Assembly: GCA_051530055.1 (NCBI GenBank)
Contig: CM121343.1
Location: 5,054,389 to 5,118,388 of the forward strand
Reading direction: 5' to 3'
Length of the DNA: 64,000 nucleotides
Source of the DNA: Neoechinorhynchus agilis
Lineage: Eukaryota; Animalia; Acanthocephala
Shown here in pieces: positions 46,875 through 57,934 of this stretch. Each line of letters starts with the position of its first letter. Within the stretch, counting starts at the first letter, position 1. The notes beneath the pieces were generated by a model. The model was not told where the DNA came from. It saw nothing but the letters and a program-made list of their open reading frames with translations, and searched no databases. A program made the position numbers and the translations under genes.

Positions 46875-48045
46875 GTTTGCAAGAAATCGGGCTGTCTATA
46901 GATCCGTGAGGAAACAGGTTGTCCAAACGTGATGTTATAGTAGACATTAGGGCATCCAGATGAGAGGCCAATCTTTTCTCGATTCCTTGTATAGCCATAT
47001 TTATTCGGAGATCTACCATCTGCATGATCTTATCCGAAAAGTGACGAAGTTTTTCGTCGATAGAAACTTGGTCCGGGGACGTTCGCTCAGAGGGCCATTT
47101 GTTCGGCGGTGGGGGAGCAGATTCATGGACTGCTATCTTACTTGGAGCCGGACGTACTGATTTAGCACTGTTATTTGTGTATGTCCTTTGAGCCCAATTG
47201 AGATATTGTTTGAAAATTGGACATGATTTCGAGAAAGCACAATGTCCTTCCTTTTTACAGTTAGCGCAACATTTTAAGTCCTTCGGGAAAGTTGACGAAT
47301 GGTGGTTCCGCGCACAAAACGCGCAAACGGACTTTTTAGTGGGGCATCTTTGGGACCAATGTCCCCAGGATTGGCAAATGCTGCACCGTGGAAACGTAAA
47401 GTCGTCTAATCTTGAAATATCATTCAATGAAAAATTAACTTCCATCCCCTGGAAGCAACATCTCTCCTTTATCAGTGCGTCCCTTCGGTCGGCCGGAGCT
47501 TTTACAACCGCCTTGGGAATAAACTTGGCTGTACGAGCCGATTTGAGGAAGAATAGTATCTCGCATCCAAATTTGTTCTCGAACGATTTTTTATCTGCAG
47601 TGTCAATTTCAGGAGACAATCCATTTACGAGAAAGGTTGAATTGTAGCTTGTGTTTATAATTTGAACTCCGGACGTGTCACAATTCGTTTCGATGAACTT
47701 GTGAAAGTTGCTTAGATGAAGATTACCATTGAAGTATATTTTTAATTGACCTGCGAAGTATGTAGTAGAGTTGATTCTTATGATGTCGTCGTTCAGCGTT
47801 TTAAGCCAAGGGGAAAGGAAGCGTTTGAATAGTTCTTCACGTGATAGAGTGGGATTAGCTTTTAGAGTAATAACATTGGATTTCTTCTTCAATGGTGCCT
47901 CCAGGAAGATGAGTTCCTCGTGAGAGCTGCTTGGGTTGTTTGGTTTAGAGAGCAATAGCTCTCTTGTTGAAGACGATATAGGTATTTTCAGAGTATTGGG
48001 TGGCCGTTTGCCACCCTCCGCCGCAACAACAGGTTGCGAAAACAT
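46684..48045 (-). CDS. LINE ORF1, gag-like with CCHC zinc knuckles
   Basis: CSICQSWGHWSQRC, CAFCARNHHS and CANCKKEGHCAFSKSCP. Confidence 0.9.
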   Translation of the reverse strand: MFSQPVVAAEGGKRPPNTLKIPISSSTRELLLSKPNNPSSSHEELIFLEAPLKKKSNVITLKANPTLSREELFKRFLSPWLKTLNDDIIRINSTTYFAGQLKIYFNGNLHLSNFHKFIETNCDTSGVQIINTSYNSTFLVNGLSPEIDTADKKSFENKFGCEILFFLKSARTAKFIPKAVVKAPADRRDALIKERCCFQGMEVNFSLNDISRLDDFTFPRCSICQSWGHWSQRCPTKKSVCAFCARNHHSSTFPKDLKCCANCKKEGHCAFSKSCPIFKQYLNWAQRTYTNNSAKSVRPAPSKIAVHESAPPPPNKWPSERTSPDQVSIDEKLRHFSDKIMQMVDLRINMAIQGIEKRLASHLDALMSTITSRLDNLFPHGSIDSPISCKRVRKASPVNPNLSNSDVEMHENELFVRDIIQEQSQVCETGVTNLFKNAQYGVKDRAVELWRTG

Positions 48046-49694
48046 TTGTGATTTGTCTAGTTTTCATACTCGACCATCGTGCCCTTTTATTAGTATCGAC
48101 CGCCTAATAAAAATCCACAAACCCGATCGAACTCATTAATCTGCAAAATAGCCGCGGTTATTGATCACGCTGCTGCGCGGGTTGCGAAACGTAAAACGCA
48201 ATACCCAGTTTGGGCATATTTAAGATTTATAGGAAACTAGAAACCTAGCCGATTGGTGCCACCAATGCAACAATGATTAATTACTTCAAAAGTCGTTAAT
48301 AGCGTCAACAATATTCGAATAGATCAACATAGTTCCACAAGTAAGAGGTGCATTCCACATGAAGTTGACGGTGAGCAAAATGGTGTGGGTGAAAAGGTTT
48401 TTGCAAAATTAGATGTTTTAAAAAGCTATCCGAATTCAAGTAAGGAAACAAAGTTAAAAAACGGGATCCGGTATTAAATGAACCCTAACACTTATTCTGA
48501 GAAGCGATACTCAACTCTCTTAATAATAATCCATCTAAAGATCTGCAGATGAGATGAACGAGAACACTTAGATTGCGAATATAATTTCATAATTGTGAGA
48601 ACCTGGCTACATATTCCATTAGATTGTTCACTATTTAAGAATAAGAACAAGCCGTCGACGAAATTTCCTGGGAGATTGGATAAGCTTTATTTTCAATGAA
48701 ACCAGTTCGTGCTTTAACATTTATTACCATTTTTCCATGTCGATGTCTCAATTCCTTTTTCGTGTAGATAAAAAATTCGAATCAGCGAGTAGGTAATTAG
48801 ATTCAAAGGTGGTGATAAAGTTAGAAAATATACGGTTTTCCAATTTCACCTAAAGTTAAGTTTTGCTTTCATAGTAATATCGACGTCTTCTAAACCTAAA
48901 GAAATGTCGATCTCAACTTTCAAAATGAATGATTATTAAATTTCATATCCCACAACACATAACGTGCAAATCTGTCTGAACGCAAGACTTTATAAAAAGC
49001 GCTACTTGGATCGCAGCGAGTCTAAATCGGAGAGATATAGAAAATAAGTGCAATTCATTGATTAAAATCTACGCTTAAATCAATGCAATACTGTCAATTC
49101 GCGGAATTTATGAGTTTTACCATCACATAAAAACAACGTCTCAATCTTGTCGTATTTGTACGCTCGATCGATGATTTGGCTACAAATCCTGCTAAACCGA
49201 TGGATTAATAGTGATACCTAAACTTTAAGACTACTCGAAAAGGAATGCATGTCTCCAAGACCAATTTCTTTTCAAATCACCGCCATTTCGGCATAATTTA
49301 AGTTAGGAAAACTTCAATTGAAGATATCAATCGTAAACGAAACATCCGAATGTCAGCCGGTAGCGTAATTAGCTCTAAATTGACAAAAAAAATCGATAAT
49401 TGGGTTATTTCATCAGGAGAAAGAGCGCTTTGATCAAGATCGTATCAGGGGGGGGTAAAAACGAAAATAAAATAAGTCTCTCTCTAACAATGCCTTAATT
49501 AGACGAATAAATCCGATTTGGGTAAATATTTCGGGTGATAAAAAGAAAAATCAACTAATATAAGAAATTCCATAAAAATGTTGACGAACCATTTATAAAT
49601 ATCAAAAGAATATCCAATGGCATATAAAGGTTCTAGATCTTCTAGTTAATTAGGAAAAATGCTTATACTCTGATTATCGTATGAGATCGAAAAT

Positions 49695-50093
49695 TTATGA
49701 AAAAAATTTCTGGATCCACTGGTCCTCACTCAATTCGTCATCATCTTTCGCATCCTCGATGTTTTTAATTATCTCCTCATTTTCGGCAGTTAATGTTTTT
49801 ATGGAACGAAGAAGCTCCGTCTCCCTCTCTTCAAGAGCCCGAATGTATTGACCCGCCTTTCGGAGAATCGTGCATCTGGATGGTGCCTTCTCCTTGATAT
49901 TCTGAAGGGGTTCTTGGAGGTTTGCGAACGCTTGACGAAGATGATGTCGCCGACGGCGCTCACGAGCATTGTAATACCGTTGCCGTTCCTTACGAGCCTT
50001 TTGCTCATCTGTCAATACATCGTCATGCGTTGAGTCGGACGGGGGAGGATCGCAAGAATCCTTAAAGTGCTCTTCATCAAACGGATCGATCAT
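49695..50093 (-). CDS. Max/Myc-network bHLH-leucine zipper protein
   Basis: ERQRYYNARERRRRHHLRQAFANLQ...SRCTILRKAGQYIRAL...IKTLTAENEEI. The first ATG is at 50093; upstream exons are possible. Confidence 0.85.
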   Translation of the reverse strand: MIDPFDEEHFKDSCDPPPSDSTHDDVLTDEQKARKERQRYYNARERRRRHHLRQAFANLQEPLQNIKEKAPSRCTILRKAGQYIRALEERETELLRSIKTLTAENEEIIKNIEDAKDDDELSEDQWIQKFFS

Positions 50094-51609
50094 ATATTCG
50101 ACGCAACCACGTAAAATCCACAAATTTCAGTATCAGATTTTTAAGATTCCAACTGGCTAAATTCCAATCAATAACTGCGCAATTAACCGTATTTAATATT
50201 GACTTCCGTTTCCTTGCCGCTTTTATAACAAGTCTAAACTACGTCATTCGATCTAAACAACTGAACAATTATTCTAAACTCAAAGTGACTACTAATTACC
50301 TCGAGCAGCCGTAAATCTCCACTCCAGCGTTCCTACTGGCGAACATTAATCGATGCATACTTTCAACGCGACATTCAGGAGAAGTGATGGAACCGCTGCC
50401 TAGGGACAAACTAAGCTTATACGTAATTAATCCGGAAGAATCTCTAAAACTAAAATGATATCATTTGTTGGATTGTCAGCTGATTTTCTCGACCGCAAGT
50501 AGGAAGATCACTGATGAGTCCCGCCTCCCCGGGAGGTATCTGAGAATCGGAAGAGATGTTCAATGGGCACTGAGCACAGACCAGCGCTTTCCAGACCAAA
50601 ATCGATGAACTGTGCGTCCATTCGGCCGTGTATGGAAAAAATAAAATATATCTATACAACGAGATATATTTTTCGAAAGACGTCAATAAATCTTGGTAAG
50701 AATCACTGAACCTGATTTTCATTTTCAATTGCGCTCTTGCAACCGAATGCGATCGTAATTCCTTAAAATGGTCTAATAAAATACCAATTTCGAATAACAA
50801 CAACCAACGAACACAAATGAGTTACATAATCAAACTTATGTTCTTCAAATCACTGGATTTGAGTGGTCCGGAGTCCGATCAATTCGAGTTTCTTGGAGCT
50901 ATGAAAGGAGGAGGCTTCCTCAAAGTATCCCGGATAAGATAGGAGGTGACTTAATGCCCGAATTGTACGCAATGGAAAAGCGACGGAGTGTTCTTAGATA
51001 TCATTCTAACATAGAATGTTGCAAAAGAAGTTCACAGTGGGATTTGTTACTCATGAAGTGGAAATGTTCATGTCCATGAAGCCGGAACCGAGCGATTTAA
51101 AATCTGCTCAATTTCATCGAGTTATTGAAATTACAATTAAAAGCCAAATATCCATTTATAAATTTACATGTTTATCTTAATAAGCCGAAATGCTCAAGTT
51201 CTTTTAAAAACACTCAGAAAAAGGGCAAATCGACAACGGTTTCGAAACTAGGAATCAAAGTGCACAGTCGATTTCATACTGAGTTGAAAACGTCTATAAG
51301 CGATAGAAACGCGATTGTAATTTTTTAAACGTCGATCGTGTTACGTCGTTATTTTAATGGTTTGGTTTCTTATAATTTTGTTATCCACGATTTCAAAGAC
51401 TAAAGTACATCTTTTTTTATAGAAAAGATGATTTTAAAAATGTTTAATGCAATAAATGTCATCTTTGGTCTACACTTCCACAATATACTTTTGTTCATTG
51501 CGATTTCAATGTTGGTCTATTGCATAGTTCATTTTAACTGCCCCTTTTAAATTTCTCGGTATACAATAGAATTGTGGGAGGAATCGTCAAGCCTAAAGAA
51601 CAGTGATTT

Positions 51610-52150
51610 TCAAACTTGGGGTCGTTTGGCTTTTCCGTTGTTAATCGTCCGTAGTACAAATTTCTTTATTGAAGATTCCGTAAATCTCTGTTCACTATAA
51701 CAAGCATTATAAAACATCGTAATATTACTTTCATTGAGTGCTAAGGGTCCCAACAATTTACCTTTATTGATATACAGCACCACCTCAACAGCAATTCCGC
51801 TATCCTTCCCGGGTACTCTTCCTTCCATATGTACCGCCGCGAAGACCGTCCAGGAGAGGGTGTCTCAATTTTCGTACGATAATCACTCCCCTACTGTTAA
51901 TTTCTCATAGGCTCTCAGCTCCTCTAAGAAATGGTCTTAGAGAATTTATAATTGCTGACGTCTAGCGACCTCCTGCCTCTCGTTCTGAATTCTCTTTGCG
52001 CCAACTTGATTCCACGATAAAGCTCATATACGCCGCAAATTAACACCATTTCCTCATTGCTGGGGACTTCAATAAACTATTTCCTTTCTTACCCTTCTCA
52101 GAATTGCGTCAACTAATTGACTTCCCAACACATCTTGACGTTCATCTCGG
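51610..52150. pseudogene. Rearranged LINE endonuclease fragments
   Basis: Plus strand FIIADV*RPP and FLIAGDFN; minus strand R..D.GIAVEVVLYI. Confidence 0.55.
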
Positions 52151-52520
52151 GAAAGTTTTCATCAATATCGACATCTACTCATCGGCCTCCAAACCCTTCC
52201 CCCCCTGCGAACTAAACGTAGTCATAATATCTTCAATTTTATCAAATTGTTCAATTCAATGATTCACACCCTCCACTCTAACACCATTCGGATACGAGAT
52301 CAGTTTCGGATAACCGAAAACACAATGTGATGTATCCCGTTTTTAACAAGACTACAGATATCAAAGTTCTTAATATGTAGCTTGAAGATGTCTAAAAGGT
52401 AAAATTGGGGGTTAATTGTACAATTTTAGCATTATTGGATAACATAGCCATTTATTTTTCTTTCTACAATTGAATCCCTTTATTTTTGCGCTGTGAGGTC
52501 TCTAATTGCCGGAAATTTTT

Positions 52521-52900
52521 GAATTTCCAACAATATAAAAATGTGCAACAGATATTCTGCATTATCCTTTCCCAAGACAATGCAATATTTCATGTTTTAC
52601 CGGGTGAAGATAATCACCCAGTTAAAAATCATTTTATTATTAGGAAATATTTCGAAAGAGGAAAGCTCGCCTTATCAATCATCTAAAAGGTTTTTGTTTA
52701 TTGTTATTCCTATGTTTTGTTTAAAAGGCTCGGATTGACAGGTTCGCTACTTCTACCCGAACCTTGGAAGTAGCGAACCTTAGGCGAGGTTTCCTCTTTC
52801 GAAATATTTCAGTACAATAAAATGATTTTGAACCGGGTGATTATCTTCACCACAAGTCGAAATTTCATGTTTTGTCTCTAGTCTCACGACGTTGCGCTTC
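52521..52900. repeat. ~400-bp foldback element, copy 2
   Basis: Near-identical to 43113-43520 in the same orientation, with a short internal deletion. Confidence 0.88.
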
Positions 52901-53117
52901 AATTATATACGGAAAATTAGTATTTCGGATAATCGACTTTCCACTGTATCTGGAAAAGGCTATTTATAGGAGTTATTCGCTGTTAGTATCAGCTCGGTCG
53001 CGATTGAATTTTTCCTTTAGGTAGCAACAGTGCGTTACTCGATCCAAGCGTCTCAGGCTACTTCAAAGCATTCTTTTACAGTAATTATAAACACAGTAAT
53101 CACTGACCACAATACGG

Positions 53118-55642
53118 CTACACAGCAGGCAGTTTGCTTGATTTCTTTTCTAGTTTTCTTAGCTTTCCGGTGTTCCTTTCAAGGTTATCCTTCAGTTCTT
53201 GTTCTCTAATACTGATATTATGCTCTCCATTGCTTTGCAACGAATCTGATCGAACAGCCCCGGATTCAATGAGCACATCAAGTATTGGAAACGTCACATT
53301 CTCTATGAATCCCAATTGCACCTTTATTTCATTCACACTTCCACGACAGCAGGCAGCTGATACCTTTAGTCCGTTTTCCTTTTCCTTATCACCCTAAGAT
53401 AAACCCACATAACGTGTTGATATTCTTTTCAATCACAGAAATTGAATGTACCTGTACATAAAATTCATTTTGCACTCTTCTCGCCCAATTCATGTATAAC
53501 TTCCATGATTTGCAGGGTGTTGCAGCATCAGCCATCTTTATTATTAACTTACACACGTCTAGTCGATTCTGTGGGGATGCCCAATCGAAATTATCGAGAA
53601 AGAGTCCATCTTTAAAGTGCTGCAGAGAAATATTGCCTCGGTAAAATTTCTCCCTAAATTCACCTTCTTTCTAAAATCATTCACAATGCTATCGTGGTTT
53701 GATATATCGGTTGCTAGAATTAGGTCGATCGTATTTCGCCTAATCACGAGGAAATCCTCTTCGCTGATGCGCCGAAGGAAGTTGTTTTCTGGACGTAGCA
53801 AAAGTTCCCATGCGAGGGCTGCATGAAAATTCTCTAAAACAGATTTATCATTGTTTGGACCGCTAATCCTTGGACAGTTCGCATGGGAGAAACCCGCCAT
53901 GACCAAGGACTGCGGAACTTATCGAATAGCCTAAACGAAGGCGATTTTGAATAAGTGATCAGGTACACGACTAAAGATAACAAACATTCGACTTGGAAAA
54001 TGTTTTCTTTAGAACTATTCTTTTGAGAGACAAAATATACGTAGTAGGGCAAAATTGGATGCTTTATGAGAAAACGTGGCAGCAAGATTTTATGAATCTG
54101 ATACGGCATAAGAAAAGTACTTACAAGAACATCCATTTTGTTGATAAGAAACCCATTTGTCCGTCCTGGGTGGCCAGCGTCATGCATTAAAGCCGCAAGA
54201 TAGAGTGAAATCAAATCCAACGTAGAGAACCTTGATTTGAATGAGCTTCCATGTTCCATCAACATGATGCTCGTATGTTCGTCTGGCAAAATTTTAGTTG
54301 CAAGTTCAAATGGTAAAATATCGTCCACCAACCAAATTTACTGGGTTCAATTTTTTCCTTTAATGCAAATTGGTTGGTTAAATAGTAGCACGTATGAAGA
54401 ACGTCTGCTGCGTGAACAAAAGTATGATAGTGATTGTCTTTGTACGTTGATTGCAGATTTATTAGAAAGCAATATAGTTTGTTTTGATCCAAGTCGAGAT
54501 TCTTTATTATATCAGTTCGGTCCCACATCCATAACGTCAACTATGTTTAAAAATGAATCTTAAATTAACAGTGACGCGAGAAGCATAACTCACCATGGCG
54601 AAAGTTTCCCTTTCGCTTTCTTTTGAAAATTTGAAAATATCGAAGTCCCAACTGTCTGGGGTCTTTTTCCTTAAGAGTTTTTTGCTTTTTCCCACACATT
54701 TTGAAACAACACTGCCGGTGCCACCACTGCTACACGAGCGGCTGTGCTCCGATTCCAGCTCAGCAATTCTATGCTAAAATAAAGTTTGTTATTATATGGA
54801 CGAGTCGTATGAAGAAAATGACACCTATACGAGTGTATTTTCGATAACTATTGATTTCGGACGAGTAATTCAATCAGACAGATAATTGATTGAATTTTAA
54901 AAAACACTGAATTAGTAAAATTGGTGGTACAAGCTCTGCAAAAAATGCAGATTTAGAAGAGAGAGACAGAGTACACGGATAAAATGGTTTGAAAAATTTC
55001 ATGCTTCAACAGTCCGCGTAATCACATCTAAGATCCTTCCACGCACGCGCATGTTTCCCTAAAAGAGCGATGAAGCTCGATTGCGTTTGATTTAACATCA
55101 AAAGTAACTTTGGCGTCGTGATCTGTCTACATCAGTGCGCGGACCACTGCCTGCCTTGAGCAAATAAGAAATGCTCACCGTCGTCAATTGATAGCTTAAG
55201 TGGCCCGTACAGTTGTTACACGATGCCGCTATGTCCAAAGTATTTGTGCCGTAAGTGTCGAATTCGTTTTCCCAGCAAGAAGTTACGCTACCAGAAAACA
55301 CGTACATAGCCTTGAAGCCGACGAGATTAATCAACAACTAACATACCTTGGACTTGAAGATGAGTTAACTAGCTTTTGACGTCGATGTTTAGAATGTTTA
55401 CGAGTTGAACTTTTTACGTGATTAGCCATACAAATTTCGGGATGTTTCAAGCCATCTACAATATAGCTTTGTGAACATTTGGGTCCTTCAAACCTACCAT
55501 TGGATTTCTTAGCTTGAACAAACGATTCCTCTACGAACGTTTCCGCACTATTTTGCGTTGATCGCATTGGTACAGACGATTTACGTCGTTTTGTACAATC
55601 CGGAGTTACTCGATTCAAAACAGAGGAGAATATTCGTCGCAT
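53118..55642 (-). CDS. Class I cyclic-nucleotide phosphodiesterase, PDE3-like (5' exon structure uncertain)
   Basis: WDFDIF, YHTFVHAADV, LYLAALMHDAGHPGRTNGFL, NDKSVLENFH, LILATDI, IKMAD and NEFYVQGDKE. Several GT-AG introns plus one 66-nt non-canonical segment. Confidence 0.88.
53854..53919 (-). other. Non-canonical hairpin intervening sequence (66 nt) in the PDE gene
   Basis: tttag|GCTATTCGATA|AGTTCCGCAGTCCTTGG...CCAAGGATTAGCGGTCCAAA|CAATGAT. Removal rebuilds AIRYNDKSVLENFH. Confidence 0.72.
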
Positions 55643-56049
55643 AGTCTACACCCACGTGAGGGTTGATGGTGATGATGTCGACTCCGCCGGTCCTATTTGA
55701 TAGCTATTTTTACACGCAGCGTTGGTAATGAATCGACTTAGCGAGGAAAGCTCACAGTCGCACAAGATGGAAAGCTTTCTAGTGTGCTCGCGTATTCGAG
55801 TTTGCATGTCAAGCGCCTGATGACGACTGTCGTCGTGGTGTTTGCACGGAAACCCTCTTTGCCACACTTACCATACTGCTCATTCCCACATTTTCCTTCT
55901 TCTCTAATCCAAGGCTAAAGCGGGCAATAAAGCAAACAAACACTCCCGCACCTCGTATTGCGCGCAACAATCCCCGTATCACGCAACACTTACCATACTA
56001 ACGAGTGTCCCCTCAGGGATCCACGAACCCTGGGATTCAAAAACATCCG

Positions 56050-57440
56050 TCTCTTAATAAAAAAAAAGCCTTTCGTCACACCGCACTTGCACCGTTGACG
56101 TATACGATGCATACGAGTAAATGCGCATAAACGGACGCGCGATGAAAACAAGTTGCCTACTTCGTGATGCAAACGTATTCATAGATTTCATCCGCGTATT
56201 CATCCAACGCCACCCACACACACACACAAATATATTAGATGAGCCAATCTAACAAATGCCTTTTCTCACATCGCACTTGCACCGTTGACGTATACAATGC
56301 ATACGGGTTCATTCATCATCAACACCAAATGCGCGTAAACGGACGCGCCACGAAACCAAGTAGTCTACTTCATGATGCAAACGTATTCATAGATTTCATC
56401 CGAGTGTTCATTGAACCCTACTCCACATGTAAAAAATCAATGAGCTAATCAAACAAATGCCCCTCGTCGCACCGCCCTTGACCCGTAGACGTATACAATG
56501 CATACGGGTTCATTCATCATCAACACCAAATGCGCGTAAACGGACGCGCGATGAAACCAAGTTGTGTTCTTCGTGATGCAAACGTATTCATAGATTTCAT
56601 CCGAGTATCCATTCAAAGCCACACACAAAAAAATATCAATGAGCCAATCTAACAAATGCCTTTTTTCACACCGCCTTTGACCCGTTGACGTATACAATGC
56701 ATACGGGTTCATTCATCATCAACACCAAATGCGCGTAAACGGAAGCGCTACGAAACCAAGTGGTCTACTTCATGATGCAAACGTATTCATAGATTTCATC
56801 AGAGTATTCATTCAACGCCACCCACACATACAAAATCAATGAGCCAATCTAACAAATGCCTTTTCTCACATCGCACTTGCACCGTTGACGTATACAATGC
56901 ATACGGGTTCATTCATCATCAACACCAAATGCGCGTAAACGGAAGCGCCACGAAACCAAGTGGTCTACTTCATTATGCAAACGTATTCGTAGATTTCATC
57001 CAAGTGTTCAATGAACCCTACTCCACATTAAAAAATCAATGAGCTAATCAAACAAATACCCTTCGTCACACCGCCCTTGACCCGTTGACGTATACTATGC
57101 ATACGGGTTCATTCATCATCAACACCAAATGCGCGTAAACGGAAGCGCCACGAAACCAATTGGTCTGCTTCATGATGCAAACGTATTCATAGATTTCATC
57201 CGAGTATTCATTGAACCCCGCCCACATGTAAAAAATCAATGATTCAATCCAATAAATGCCTTTTCTCACATCGCACTTGCATCGTTGACGTTTTCAATGC
57301 ATACGGGTTCATTCTGCATCAACATGAAATGCGCGGAAACGGACAAATGATGAGACCAAGTTGTGTTCTTCGTGATGCAAACGTATCCATAGATTTCATC
57401 CGCGTATTCATTCAACGCCACACACATAGAAATATCAAGG
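56050..57440. repeat. Tandem array, 200-bp unit, ~7 copies, with 600-bp higher-order structure
   Basis: aaat(g/a)cc at 56254, 56455, 56654, 56854, 57054 and 57254. Unit-end variants recur every third unit. Confidence 0.92.
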
Positions 57441-57526
57441 CGCCATCTACTAAAATTTATTAAAATACGCCATATGGACAAAACAAGTCCAAAATCGCGT
57501 CACTAGCCCTAACTCACTTCTCTAAT

Positions 57527-57934
57527 CTACTGCGCTTGCTTCTTTCCACGTCTCTTCGGTGACTTCGATCTTTTTGGCGAAGACCGTCGCATCGGAGACT
57601 TGCTCTTCGATCTTCTGGGTGATCTTCTTCGCCTTGGAGACTTTGATCTTTTGGGGGACTTTGACTTCCTTCGTGGAGACTTTGCGCGTCTCGGCGACGT
57701 CTTACGTTTTGGGGATGCTTTCCTTGGGGACTTTGATCTCTTGGGTGATCTTTTGCGAGACGTCGATCGTCGTGGCGATCGTCGCCTGGGAGACTTAGTT
57801 CGGCGACCTGGACTGTGACTCCTGCTGCGGCTTCGTGTACGGCTTCGACTCCTACGCACCGGAGTTCCAACTTGAGCAGCACCGTCGATAACGTCTTGTT
57901 TTGCCGAGATGGTCCTATGTGCGGAAGCAGGCAT
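57527..57934 (-). CDS. 135-aa Arg/Ser/Lys/Pro-rich basic protein (protamine-like or RS-domain protein)
   Basis: Intronless ORF dominated by SPRR/SPKR/SPRK repeats. Confidence 0.75.
   Translation of the reverse strand: MPASAHRTISAKQDVIDGAAQVGTPVRRSRSRTRSRSRSHSPGRRTKSPRRRSPRRSTSRKRSPKRSKSPRKASPKRKTSPRRAKSPRRKSKSPKRSKSPRRRRSPRRSKSKSPMRRSSPKRSKSPKRRGKKQAQ

Larger units (their letters stand above)
44270..48045 (-). mobile_element. Near full-length LINE (gag-like ORF1, APE endonuclease, RT) with a 14-bp TSD
   Basis: ttgtgatttgtcta at 44256-44269 and 48046-48059. Three long ORFs fill the interval. Confidence 0.93.
43621..49300 (-). pseudogene. Probable MARF1/limkain-b1-like pseudogene, split by the LINE insertion
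   Basis: VLHVSNLDYKMSREEW...FSQIASITKIE (RRM2-like) downstream of the LINE. Stop-containing TGYCVLRFATRAAA (RRM1-like) and weak NYN-like scraps upstream. Recalled similarity only. Confidence 0.45.

Noticed and set aside
54200-54332. Possible seventh non-canonical insert in the PDE gene (EP|LDL)
   Set aside because: A phase-compatible 59-nt gtaaat...ttgccag intron explains it, and the retained extra residues fall where PDE3 enzymes have a known insert.
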